Shown here: positions 28,021 through 42,770 of the stretch, piece by piece
How positions within the stretch are numbered: position 1 is the stretch's first letter
How the letters are laid out: each line of letters opens with the position of its first letter
Source: Eledone cirrhosa
Taxonomy: Eukaryota
Assembly (NCBI GenBank): GCA_964016885.1
Contig: OZ024740.1
Location: 317,874,001-317,938,000 of the forward strand
Length of the DNA stretch: 64,000 nucleotides
Direction: 5' to 3'
Notes under the pieces: generated by a model
Seen by the model: the letters and a program-made list of their open reading frames with translations, nothing else
What the model was told of the DNA's origin: nothing
Database searches by the model: none
Made by a program: the position numbers and the translations under genes

Positions 28021-31000
28021 GCATTCTATCTGACATTCTAATGACTCTACCAATTCGAAGTCTTTCTACTACAATACTCACAACAAATAATCCAGGATTG
28101 TCTCGTCTATTTCCACAACTTACATTCTATCTAACATTCTAACGACTCTACCAATTCGAAGCCTTTTTACTACATTACTCACAACAAATAATCCAGGATT
28201 GTCTCGTCTATTTCCACAACTTACATTCTATCTGATATTCTAACGACTCTACCAATTCGAAGTCTTTCTACTACAATACTCACAACAAATAATCCAGGAT
28301 TGTCTCGTCTATTTCCACAACTTACATTCTATCTGATATTCTAACGACTCTACCAATTCGAAGTCTTTCTACTACAATACTAACAACAAATAATCCAGGA
28401 ATGTCTCTTCTATTTCCACAACTTACATTCTATCTGACATTCTAACAACTCTACCAATTCGAAATCTTTCTACTACAATACTAACAACAAATAATCCAGG
28501 ATTGTCTCTTCTATTTCCACAACTTACATTCTATCTAACATTCTAACAACTCCACCAATTCGAAATATTTCTACTACAATACTCACAACAAATCATCCAG
28601 GATTGTCTCGTCTATTTCCACAACATACATTCTATCTGACATTCTAACGACTCTACCAATTCGCTGTCTTTCTACTACAATACTCAACAAATAATCCAGG
28701 ACTGTCTCGTCTATTTCCACAACTTACGTTCTATCTGACATTCTAAAGACTCTAACAATTAGAAGTCTTTCTACTACAATACTCAGAACAAATAATCCAG
28801 GATTGTCTCGTCTATTTCCACAACTTGCATTCTATCTGACATTCTAACGACTCTACCAATTTGAAATCTTTCTACTACAATACTCACAACAAATAATCCA
28901 GGATTGTCTCGTCTATTTCCACAAATTACATTCTATCTGACATTCTAACGACTCTACCAATTCGAAGTCTTTCTACTACAATACTCACAACAAATAATCC
29001 AGGATTGTCTCGTCTATTTCCACAACATACATTCTATCTGACATTCTAACGACTCTACCAATTCGCTGTCTTTCTACTACAATACTCAACAAATAATCCA
29101 GGACTGTCTCGTCTATTTCCACAACTTACGTTCTATCTGACATTCTAAAGACTCTAACAATTCGAAGTCTTTCTACTACAATACTCAGAACAAATAATCC
29201 AGGTTTGTCTCGTCTATTTCCACAACTTACATTCTATCTAACATTCTAACGACTCTACCAATTCGAAGCCTTTTTACTACATTACTCACAACAAATAATT
29301 CAGGATTGTCACGTCTATTTCCACAAATTACGTTCTATCTGACATTCTAACGACTCTACCAATTCGCTGTCTTTCTACTACAATACTCACAACAAATAAT
29401 CCAGGATTGTCTCGTCTATTTCCACAACTTACATTCTATCTAACATTCTAACAACTCCACCAATTGGAAATGTTTCTACTACAATACTCACAACAAATCA
29501 TCCAGGATTGTCTCGTCTATTTCCACAACTTACATTCTATCTGATATTCTAACGACTCTACGAATTCGAAGTCTTTCTACTACAATACTAACAACAAATA
29601 ATCCAGGATTGTCTCTTCTATTTCCACAACTTGCATTCTATCTGACATTCTAATGACTCTACCAATTCGAAGTCTTTCTACTACAATACTCACAACAAAT
29701 AATCCAGGATTGTCTCGTCTATTTCCACAACTTACATTCTATCTAACATTCTAACGACTCTACCAATTCGAAGCCTTTTTACTACATTACTCACAACAAA
29801 TAATCCAGGATTGTCTCGTCTATTTCCACAACTTACATTCTATCTGATATTCTAACGACTCTACCAATTCGAAGTCTTTCTACTACAATACTCACAACAA
29901 ATAATCCAGGATTGTCTCGTCTATTTCCACAACTTACATTCTATCTGATATTCTAACGACTCTACCAATTCGAAGTCTTTCTACTACAATACTAACAACA
30001 AATAATCCAGGAATGTCTCTTCTATTTCCACAACTTACATTCTATCTGACATTCTAACAACTCTACCAATTCGAAATCTTTCTACTACAATACTCACAAC
30101 AAATAATCCAGGATTGTCTCGTCTATTTACACAACTTACATTCTATCTGATATTCTAACGACTATACCAATTCGAAGTCTTTCTACTACAATACTAACAA
30201 GAAATAATCCAGGATTGTCTCTTCTATTTCCACAACTTACATTCTATCTGACATTCTAACGACTCTACCAATTCGAAGTCTTTCTACTACAATACTAACA
30301 ACAAATAATCCAGGATTGTCTCGTCTATTTCCACAACTTACGTTCTATCTGACATTCTAACAACTCTACCAATTCGAAGTCTTTCTACTACAATACTCAC
30401 AACAAATAATACAGGATTCGCTCGTCTATTTCCACAACTTACATTCTATCTGATATTCTAACGACTCTACCAATTCGAAGTCTTTCTACTACAATACTAA
30501 CAACAAATAATCCAGGATTGTCTCTTCTATTTCCACAACTTACATTCTATCTAACATTCTAACAACTCCACCAATTCGAAATCTTTCTACTACAATACTC
30601 ACAACAAATCATCCAGGATTGTCTCGTCTATTTCCACAACATACATTCTATCTGACATTCTAACGACTCTACCAATTCGCTGTCTTTCTACTACAATACT
30701 CAACAAATAATCCAGGACTGTCTCGTCTATTTCCACAACTTACGTTCTATCTGACATTCTAAAGACACTAACAATTAGAAGTCTTTCTACTACAATACTC
30801 AGAACAAATAATCCAGGTTTGTCTCGTCTATTTCCACAACTTACATTCTATCTAACATTCTAACGACTCTACCAATTCGAAGCCTTTTTACTACATTACT
30901 CACAACAAATAATCCAGGATTGTCTCGTCTATTTCCACAACTTACATTCTATCTGATATTCTAACGACTCTACGAATTCGAAGTCTTTCTACTACAATAC

Positions 31001-33700
31001 TAACAACAAATAATCCAGGATTGTCTCTTCTATTTCCACAACTTGCATTCTATCTGACATTCTAATGACTCTACCAATTCGAAGTCTTTCTACTACAATA
31101 CTCACAACAAATAATCCAGGATTGTCTCGTCTATTTCCACAACTTACATTCTATCTAACATTCTAACGACTCTACCAATTCGAAGCCTTTTTACTACATT
31201 ACTCACAACAAATAATCCAGGATTGTCTCGTCTATTTCCACAACTTACATTCTATCTGATATTCTAACGACTCTACCAATTCGAAGTCTTTCTACTACAA
31301 TACTCACAACAAATAATCCAGGATTGTCTCGTCTATTTCCACAACTTACATTCTATCTGATATTCTAACGACTCTACCAATTCGCTGTCTTTCTACTACA
31401 ATACTCAACAAATAATCCAGGACTGTCTCGTCTATTTCCACAACTTACGTTCTATCTGACATTCTAAAGACTCTAACAATTCGAAGTCTTTCTACTACAA
31501 TACTCAGAACAAATAATCCAGGTTTGTCTCGTCTATTTCCACAACTTACATTCTATCTAACATTCTAACGACTCTACCAATTCGAAGCCTTTTTACTACA
31601 TTACTCACAACAAATAATTCAGGATTGTCACGTCTATTTCCACAAATTACGTTCTATCTGACATTCTAACGACTCTACCAATTCGCTGTCTTTCTACTAC
31701 AATACTCACAACAAATAATCCAGGATTGTCTCGTCTATTTCCACAACTTACATTCTATCTAACATTCTAACAACTCCACCAATTGGAAATGTTTCTACTA
31801 CAATACTCACAACAAATCATCCAGGATTGTCTCGTCTATTTCCACAACTTACATTCTATCTGATATTCTAACGACTCTACGAATTCGAAGTCTTTCTACT
31901 ACAATACTAACAACAAATAATCCAGGATTGTCTCTTCTATTTCCACAACTTGCATTCTATCTGACATTCTAATGACTCTACCAATTCGAAGTCTTCTCTA
32001 CTACAATACTCACAACAAATAATCCAGGATTGTCTCGTCTATTTCCACAACTTACATTCTATCTAACATTCTAACGACTCTACCAATTCGAAGCCTTTTT
32101 ACTACATTACTCACAACAAATAATCCAGGATTGTCTCTTCTATTTCCACAACTTACATTCTATCTGATATTCTAACGACTCTACCAATTCGAAGTCTTTC
32201 TACTACAATACTCACAACAAATAATCCAGGATTGTCTCGTCTATTTCCACAACTTACATTCTATCTGATATTCTAACGACTCTACCAATTCGAAGTCTTT
32301 CTACTACAATACTAACAACAAATAATCCAGGAATGTCTCTTCTATTTCCACAACTTACATTCTATCTGACATTCTAACAACTCTACCAATTCGAAATCTT
32401 TCTACTACAATACTCACAACAAATAATCCAGGATTGTCTCGTCTATTTACACAACTTACATTCTATCTGATATTCTAACGACTATACCAATTCGAAGTCT
32501 TTCTACTACAATACTAACAAGAAATAATCCAGGATTGTCTCTTCTATTTCCACAACTTACATTCTATCTGACATTCTAACGACTCTACCAATTCGAAGTC
32601 TTTCTACTACAATACTAACAACAAATAATCCAGGATTGTCTCGTCTATTTCCACAACTTACGTTCTATCTGACATTCTAACAACTCTACCAATTCGAAGT
32701 CTTTCTACTACAATACTCACAACAAATAATACAGGATTCGCTCGTCTATTTCCACAACTTACATTCTATCTGATATTCTAACGACTCTACCAATTCGAAG
32801 TCTTTCTACTACAATACTAACAACAAATAATCCAGGATTGTCTCTTCTATTTCCACAACTTACATTCTATCTAACATTCTAACAACTCCACCAATTCGAA
32901 ATCTTTCTACTACAATACTCACAACAAATCATCCAGGATTGTCTCGTCTATTTCCACAACATACATTCTATCTGACATTCTAACGACTCTACCAATTCGC
33001 TGTCTTTCTACTACAATACTCAACAAATAATCCAGGACTGTCTCGTCTATTTCCACAACTTACGTTCTATCTGACATTCTAAAGACACTAACAATTAGAA
33101 GTCTTTCTACTACAATACTCAGAACAAATAATCCAGGTTTGTCTCGTCTATTTCCACAACTTACATTCTATCTAACATTCTAACGACTCTACCAATTCGA
33201 AGCCTTTTTACTACATTACTCACAACAAATAATCCAGGATTGTCTCGTCTATTTCCACAACTTACATTCTATCTGATATTCTAACGACTCTACGAATTCG
33301 AAGTCTTTCTACTACAATACTAACAACAAATAATCCAGGATTGTCTCTTCTATTTCCACAACTTGCATTCTATCTGACATTCTAATGACTCTACCAATTC
33401 GAAGTCTTTCTACTACAATACTCACAACAAATAATCCAGGATTGTCTCGTCTATTTCCACAACTTACATTCTATCTAACATTCTAACGACTCTACCAATT
33501 CGAAGCCTTTTTACTACATTACTCACAACAAATAATCCAGGATTGTCTCGTCTATTTCCACAACTTACATTCTATCTGATATTCTAACGACTCTACCAAT
33601 TCGAAGTCTTTCTACTACAATACTCACAACAAATAATCCAGGATTGTCTCGTCTATTTCCACAACTTACATTCTATCTGATATTCTAACGACTCTACCAA
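25350..33700. repeat. Serial tandem duplications with offsets of 3024 bp (30-mer) and 2319-2320 bp (23-mer); boundaries approximate
   Basis: GACACTAACAATTAGAA occurs at 27740, 30764 and 33084. GGACTG markers lie at 26077/29101/31420 and 27691/30715/33035. Confidence 0.85.
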
Positions 33701-34806
33701 TTCGAAGTCTTTCTACTACAATACTAACAACAAATAATCCAGGAATGTCTCTTCTATTTCCACAACTTACATTCTATCTGACATTCTAACAACTCTACCA
33801 ATTCGAAATCTTTCTCCTACAATACTCACAACAAATAATCCAGGATTGTCTCGTCTATTTACACAACTTACATTCTATCTGATATTCTAACGACTATACC
33901 AATTCGAAGTCTTTCTACTACAATACTAACAAGAAATAATCCAGGATTGTCTCTTCTATTTCCACAACTTACATTCTATCTGACATTCTAACAACTCTAC
34001 CAATTCGAAATCTTTCTACTACAATACTCACAACAAATAATCCAGGATTGTCTCGTCTATTTCCACAACTTACATTCTATCTGATATTCTAACGACTCTA
34101 CCAATTCGAAGTCTTTCTACTACAATACTAACAACAAATAATCCAGGATTGTCTCGTCTATTTCCACAACTTACGTTCTATCTGACATTCTAACGACTCT
34201 ACCAATTCGAAGTCTTTCTACTACAATACTAACAACAAATAATCCAGGATTGTCTCGTCTATTTCCACAACTTACATTCTATCTGATATTCTAACGACTC
34301 TACAAATTCGAAGTCTTTCTACTACAATACTAACAACAAATAATCCAGGATTGTCTCTTCTATTTCCACAACTTACATTCTATCTGACATTCTAATGACT
34401 CTACCAATTCGAAGTCTTTCTACTACAATACTCACAACAAATAATCCAGGATTGTCTCGTCTATTTCCACAACTTGCATTCTATCTGACATTCTAACGAC
34501 TCTACCAATTTGAAATCTTTCTACTACAATACTCACAACAAATAATCCAGGATTGTCTCGTCTATTTCCACAAATTACATTCTATCTGACATTCTAACGA
34601 CTCTACCAATTCGAAGTCTTTCTACTACAATACTCACAACAAATAATCCAGGATTGTCTCGTCTATTTCCACAACATACATTCTATCTGACATTCTAACG
34701 ACTCTACCAATTCGCTGTCTTTCTACTACAATGCTCAACAAATAATCCAGGACTGTCTCGTCTATTTCCACAACTTACGTTCTATCTGACATTCTAAAGA
34801 CTCTAA

Positions 34807-37800
34807 CAATTCGAAGTCTTTCTACTACAATACTCAGAACAAATAATCCAGGTTTGTCTCGTCTATTTCCACAACTTACATTCTATCTAACATTCTAACG
34901 ACTCTACCAATTCGAAGCCTTTTTACTACATTACTCACAACAAATAATTCAGGATTGTCTCGTCTATTTCCACAAATTACGTTCTATCTGACATTCTAAC
35001 AACTCTACCAATTCGCTGTCTTTCTACTACAATACTCACAACAAATAATCCAGGATTGTCTCGTCTATTTCCACAACATACATTCTATCTGACATTCTAA
35101 CGACTCTACCAATTCGCTGTCTTTCTACTACAATACTCAACAAATAATCCAGGACTGTCTCGTCTATTTCCACAACTTACGTTCTATCTGACATTCTAAA
35201 GACTCTAACAATTCGAAGTCTTTCTACTACAATACTCACAACAAATCATCCAGGATTGTCTCGTCTATTTTCACAACTTACGTTCTATCTGATATTCTAA
35301 CGACTCTACCAATTCGAAGTCTTTCTACTACAATACTAACAACAAATAATCCAGGATTGTCTCTTCTATTTCCACAACTTACATTCTATCTAACATTCTA
35401 ACAACTCCACCAATTCGAAATCTTTCTACTACAATACTCACAACAAATCATCCAGGGTTGTCCCGTCTATTTCCACAACTTACATTCTATCTGATATTCT
35501 AACGACTCTACCAATTCGAAGTCTTTCTACTACAATACTAACAACAAATAATCCAGGATTGCCTCTTCTATTTCCACAACTTGCATTCTATCTGACATTC
35601 TAATGACTCTACCAATTCGAAGTCTTTCTACTACAATACTCACAACAAATAATCCAGGATTGTCTCGTCTATTTCCACAAATTACATTCTATCTGACATT
35701 CTAACGACTCTACCAATTCGCTGTCTTTCTACTACAATACTCACAACAAATAATCCAGGATTGTCTCGTCTATTTCCACAACATACATTCTATCTGACAT
35801 TCTAACGACTCTACCAATTCGCTGTCTTTCTACTACAATACTCAACAAATAATCCAGGACTGTCTCGTCTATTTCCACAACTTACGTTCTATCTGACATT
35901 CTAAAGACTCTAACAATTCGAAGTCTTTCTACTACAATACTCAGAACAAATAATCCAGGTTTGTCTCGTCTATTTCCACAACTTACATTCTATCTAACAT
36001 TCTAACGACTCTACCAATTCGAAGCCTTTTTACTACATTACTCACAACAAATAATCCAGGATTGTCTCGTCTATTTCCACAACTTACATTCTATCTGATA
36101 TTCTAACGACTCTACCAATTCGAAGTCTTTCTACTACAATACTCGCAACAAATAATCCAGGATTGTCTCGTCTATTTCCACAACTTACATTCTATCTGAT
36201 ATTCTAACGACTCTACCAATTCGAAGTCTTTCTACTACAATACTAACAACAAATAATCCAGGAATGTCTCTTCTATTTCCACAACTTACATTCTATCTGA
36301 CATTCTAACAACTCTACCAATTCGAAATCTTTCTCCTACAATACTCACAACAAATAGTCCAGGATTGTCTCGTCTATTTACACAACTTACATTCTATCTG
36401 ATATTCTAACGACTATACCAATTCGAAGTCTTTCTACTACAATACTAACAAGAAATAATCCAGGATTGTCTCTTCTATTTCCACAACTTACATTCTATCT
36501 GACATTCTAACAACTCTACCAATTCGAAATCTTTCTACTACAATACTCACAACAAATAATCCAGGATTGTCTCGTCTATTTCCACAACTTACATTCTATC
36601 TGATATTCTAACGACTCTACCAATTCGAAGTCTTTCTACTACAATACTAACAACAAATAATCCAGGATTGTCTCGTCTATTTCCACAACTTACGTTCTAT
36701 CTGACATTCTAACAACTCTACCAATTCGAAGTCTTTCTACTACAATACTCACAACAAATAATACAGGATTCGCTCGTCTATTTCCACAACTTACATTCTA
36801 TCTGATATTCTAACGACTCTACCAATTCGAAGACTTTCTACTACAATACTAACAACAAATAATCCAGGATTGTCTCTTCTATTTCCACAACTTACATTCT
36901 ATCTAACATTCTAACAACTCCACCAATTCGAAATCTTTCTACTACAATACTCACAACAAATCATCCAGGATTGTCTCGTCTATTTCCACAACTTACATTC
37001 TATCTGATATTCTAACGACTCTACAAATTCGAAGTCTTTCTACTACAATACTAACAACAAATAATCCAGGATTGTCTCTTCTATTTCCACAACTTACATT
37101 CTATCTGACATTCTAATGACTCTACCAATTCGAAGTCTTTCTACTACAATACTCAGAACAAATAATCCAGGTTTGTCTCGTCTATTTCCACAACTTACAT
37201 TCTATCTAACATTCTAACGACTCTACCAATTCGAAGCCTTTTTACTACATTACTCACAACAAATAATTCAGGATTGTCTCGTCTATTTCCACAAATTACG
37301 TTCTATCTGACATTCTAACAACTCTACCAATTCGCTGTCTTTCTACTACAATACTCACAACAAATAATCCAGGATTGTCTCGTCTATTTCCACAACATAC
37401 ATTCTATCTGACATTCTAACGACTCTACCAATTCGCTGTCTTTCTACTACAATACTCAACAAATAATCCAGGACTGTCTCGTCTATTTCCACAACTTACG
37501 TTCTATCTGACATTCTAAAGACTCTAACAATTCGAAGTCTTTCTACTACAATACTCACAACAAATCATCCAGGATTGTCTCGTCTATTTTCACAACTTAC
37601 GTTCTATCTGATATTCTAACGACTCTACCAATTCGAAGTCTTTCTACTACAATACTAACAACAAATAATCCAGGATTGTCTCTTCTATTTCCACAACTTA
37701 CATTCTATCTAACATTCTAACAACTCCACCAATTCGAAATCTTTCTACTACAATACTCACAACAAATCATCCAGGGTTGTCCCGTCTATTTCCACAACTT

Positions 37801-39474
37801 ACATTCTATCTGATATTCTAACGACTCTACCAATTCGAAGTCTTTCTACTACAATACTAACAACAAATAATCCAGGATTGCCTCTTCTATTTCCACAACT
37901 TGCATTCTATCTGACATTCTAATGACTCTACCAATTCGAAGTCTTTCTACTACAATACTCACAACAAATAATCCAGGATTGTCTCGTCTATTTCCACAAA
38001 TTACATTCTATCTGACATTCTAACGACTCTACCAATTCGCTGTCTTTCTACTACAATACTCACAACAAATAATCCAGGATTGTCTCGTCTATTTCCACAA
38101 CATACATTCTATCTGACATTCTAACGACTCTACCAATTCGCTGTCTTTCTACTACAATACTCAACAAATAATCCAGGACTGTCTCGTCTATTTCCACAAC
38201 TTACGTTCTATCTGACATTCTAAAGACTCTAACAATTCGAAGTCTTTCTACTACAATACTCAGAACAAATAATCCAGGTTTGTCTCGTCTATTTCCACAA
38301 CTTACATTCTATCTAACATTCTAACGACTCTACCAATTCGAAGCCTTTTTACTACATTACTCACAACAAATAATCCAGGATTGTCTCGTCTATTTCCACA
38401 ACTTACATTCTATCTGATATTCTAACGACTCTACCAATTCGAAGTCTTTCTACTACAATACTCGCAACAAATAATCCAGGATTGTCTCGTCTATTTCCAC
38501 AACTTACATTCTATCTGATATTCTAACGACTCTACCAATTCGAAGTCTTTCTACTACAATACTAACAACAAATAATCCAGGAATGTCTCTTCTATTTCCA
38601 CAACTTACATTCTATCTGACATTCTAACAACTCTACCAATTCGAAATCTTTCTCCTACAATACTCACAACAAATAGTCCAGGATTGTCTCGTCTATTTAC
38701 ACAACTTACATTCTATCTGATATTCTAACGACTATACCAATTCGAAGTCTTTCTACTACAATACTAACAAGAAATAATCCAGGATTGTCTCTTCTATTTC
38801 CACAACTTACATTCTATCTGACATTCTAACAACTCTACCAATTCGAAATCTTTCTACTACAATACTCACAACAAATAATCCAGGATTGTCTCGTCTATTT
38901 CCACAACTTACATTCTATCTGATATTCTAACGACTCTACCAATTCGAAGTCTTTCTACTACAATACTAACAACAAATAATCCAGGATTGTCTCGTCTATT
39001 TCCACAACTTACGTTCTATCTGACATTCTAACAACTCTACCAATTCGAAGTCTTTCTACTACAATACTCACAACAAATAATACAGGATTCGCTCGTCTAT
39101 TTCCACAACTTACATTCTATCTGATATTCTAACGACTCTACCAATTCGAAGACTTTCTACTACAATACTAACAACAAATAATCCAGGATTGTCTCTTCTA
39201 TTTCCACAACTTACATTCTATCTAACATTCTAACAACTCCACCAATTCGAAATCTTTCTACTACAATACTCACAACAAATCATCCAGGATTGTCTCGTCT
39301 ATTTCCACAACTTACATTCTATCTGATATTCTAACGACTCTACAAATTCGAAGTCTTTCTACTACAATACTAACAACAAATAATCCAGGATTGTCTCTTC
39401 TATTTCCACAACTTACATTCTATCTGACATTCTAATGACTCTACCAATTCGAAGTCTTTCTACTACAATACTCA
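34807..39474. repeat. Near-perfect tandem duplication, period 2319 bp (23 monomers)
   Basis: Rare variants sit 2319 bp apart: CCAGGGTTGTCCC (35452/37771), CTCGCAAC (G at 36145/38464), AATAGTCC (36353/38672), AGACTTTC (36831/39150). A chimeric junction monomer lies at about 37100-37200. Confidence 0.95.
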
Positions 39475-42400
39475 CAACAAATAATCCAGGATTGTCTCGT
39501 CTATTTCCACAACTTGCATTCTATCTGACATTCTAACGACTCTACCAATTTGAAGTCTTTCTACTACAATACTAACAACAAATAATCCAGGATTGTCTCG
39601 TCTATTTCCACAAATTACATTCTATCTGACATTCTAACGACTCTACCAATTCGCTGTCTTTCTACTACAATACTCACAACAAATAATCCAGGATTGTCTT
39701 GTCTATTTCCACAACATACATTCTATCTGACATTCTAACGACTCTACCAATTCGCTGTCTTTCTACTACAATACTCAACAAATAATCCAGGACTGTCTCG
39801 TCTATTTCCACAACTTACGTTCTATCTGACATTCTAAAGACTCTAACAATTCGAAGCCTTTTTACTACATTACTCACAACAAATAATTCAGGATTGCCCC
39901 GTCTATTTCCACAACTTACATTCTACCTGACATTCTAACGACTCTACCAATTCGCTGTCTTTCTACTACAATACTCACAACAAATAATCCAGGATTGTCT
40001 CGTCTATTTCCACAACTTACATTCTATCTAACATTCTAACAACTCCACCAATTCGAAATCTTTCTACTACAATACTCACAACAAATCATCCAGGATTGTC
40101 TCGTCTATTTCCACAACTTACGTTCTATCTGATATTCTAACGACTCTACCAATTCGAAGTCTTTCTACTACAATACTAACAACAAATAATCCAGGATTGT
40201 CTCTTCTATTTCCACAACTTGCATTCTATCTGACATTCTAACGACTCTACCAATTCGCTGTCTTTCTACTACAATACTCACAACAAATAATCCAGGATTG
40301 TCTCGTCTATTTCCACAACATACATTCTATCTGACATTCTAACGACTCTACCAATTCGCTGTCTTTCTACTACAATACTCAACAAATAATCCAGGACTGT
40401 CTCGTCTATTTCCACAACTTACGTTCTATCTGACATTCTAAAGACTCTAACAATTCGAAGTCTTTCTACTACAATACTCAGAACAAATAATCCAGGTTTG
40501 TCTCGTCTATTTCCACAACTTACATTCTATCTAACATTCTAACGACTCTACCAATTCGAAGCCTTTTTACTACATTACTCACAACAAATAATCCAGGATT
40601 GTCTCGTCTATTTCCACAACTTACATTCTATCTGACATTCTAACAACTCTACCAATTCGAAGTCTTTCTACTACAATACTCACAACAAATAATACAGGAT
40701 TCGCTCGTCTATTTCCACAACTTACATTCTATCTGATATTCTAACGACTCTACCAATTCGAAGTCTTTCTACTACAATACTAACAACAAATAATCCAGGA
40801 TTGTCTCTTCTATTTCCACAACTTACATTCTATCTAACATTCTAACAACTCCACCAATTCGAAATCTTTCTACTACAATACTCACAACAAATCATCCAGG
40901 ATTGTCTCGTCTATTTCCACAACTTACATTCTATCTGATATTCTAACGACTCTACAAATTCGAAGTCTTTCTACTACAATACTAACAACAAATAATCCAG
41001 GATTGTCTCTTCTATTTCCACAACTTACATTCTATCTGACATTCTAATGACTCTACCAATTCGAAGTCTTTCTACTACAATACTCACAACAAATAATCCA
41101 GGATTGTCTCGTCTATTTCCACAACTTGCATTCTATCTGACATTCTAACGACTCTACCAATTTGAAGTCTTTCTACTACAATACTCACAACAAATAATCC
41201 AGGATTGTCTCGTCTATTTCCACAAATTACATTCTATCTGACATTCTAACGACTCTACCAATTCGCTGTCTTTCTACTACAATACTCACAACAAATAATC
41301 CAGGATTGTCTTGTCTATTTCCACAACATACATTCTATCTGACATTCTAACGACTCTACCAATTCGCTGTCTTTCTACTACAATACTCAACAAATAATCC
41401 AGGACTGTCTCGTCTATTTCCACAACTTACGTTCTATCTGACATTCTAAAGACTCTAACAATTCGAAGTCTTTCTACTACAATACTCAGAACAAATAATC
41501 CAGGTTTGTCTCGTCTATTTCCACAACTTACATTCTATCTAACATTCTAACGACTCTACCAATTCGAAGCCTTTTTACTACATTACTCACAACAAATAAT
41601 TCAGGATTGCCCCGTCTATTTCCACAACTTACATTCTACCTGACATTCTAACGACTCTACCAATTCGCTGTCTTTCTACTACAATACTCACAACAAATAA
41701 TCCAGGATTGTCTCGTCTATTTCCACAACTTACATTCTATCTAACATTCTAACAACTCCACCAATTCGAAATCTTTCTACTACAATACTCACAACAAATC
41801 ATCCAGGATTGTCTCGTCTATTTCCACAACTTACGTTCTATCTGATATTCTAACGACTCTACCAATTCGAAGTCTTTCTACTACAATACTAACAACAAAT
41901 AATCCAGGATTGTCTCTTCTATTTCCACAACTTGCATTCTATCTGACATTCTAACGACTCTACCAATTCGCTGTCTTTCTACTACAATACTCACAACAAA
42001 TAATCCAGGATTGTCTCGTCTATTTCCACAACATACATTCTATCTGACATTCTAACGACTCTACCAATTCGCTGTCTTTCTACTACAATACTCAACAAAT
42101 AATCCAGGACTGTCTCGTCTATTTCCACAACTTACGTTCTATCTGACATTCTAAAGACTCTAACAATTCGAAGTCTTTCTACTACAATACTCAGAACAAA
42201 TAATCCAGGTTTGTCTCGTCTATTTCCACAACTTACATTCTATCTAACATTCTAACGACTCTACCAATTCGAAGCCTTTTTACTACATTACTCACAACAA
42301 ATAATCCAGGATTGTCTCGTCTATTTCCACAACTTACATTCTATCTGACATTCTAACAACTCTACCAATTCGAAGTCTTTCTACTACAATACTCACAACA

Positions 42401-42770
42401 AATAATACAGGATTCGCTCGTCTATTTCCACAACTTACATTCTATCTGATATTCTAACGACTCTACCAATTCGAAGTCTTTCTACTACAATACTAACAAC
42501 AAATAATCCAGGATTGTCTCTTCTATTTCCACAACTTACATTCTATCTAACATTCTAACAACTCCACCAATTCGAAATCTTTCTACTACAATACTCACAA
42601 CAAATCATCCAGGATTGTCTCGTCTATTTCCACAACTTACATTCTATCTGATATTCTAACGACTCTACAAATTCGAAGTCTTTCTACTACAATACTAACA
42701 ACAAATAATCCAGGATTGTCTCTTCTATTTCCACAACTTACATTCTATCTGACATTCTAATGACTCTACC
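39400..42770. repeat. Tandem duplication of a 16/17-mer (offsets 1612 then 1713 bp); boundaries approximate
   Basis: GTCTTGTC occurs at 39696/41308 and GGACTG at 39790/41402 and 40394/42107. The first copy lacks one monomer, with a fused unit at about 39830-39930. Confidence 0.85.
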
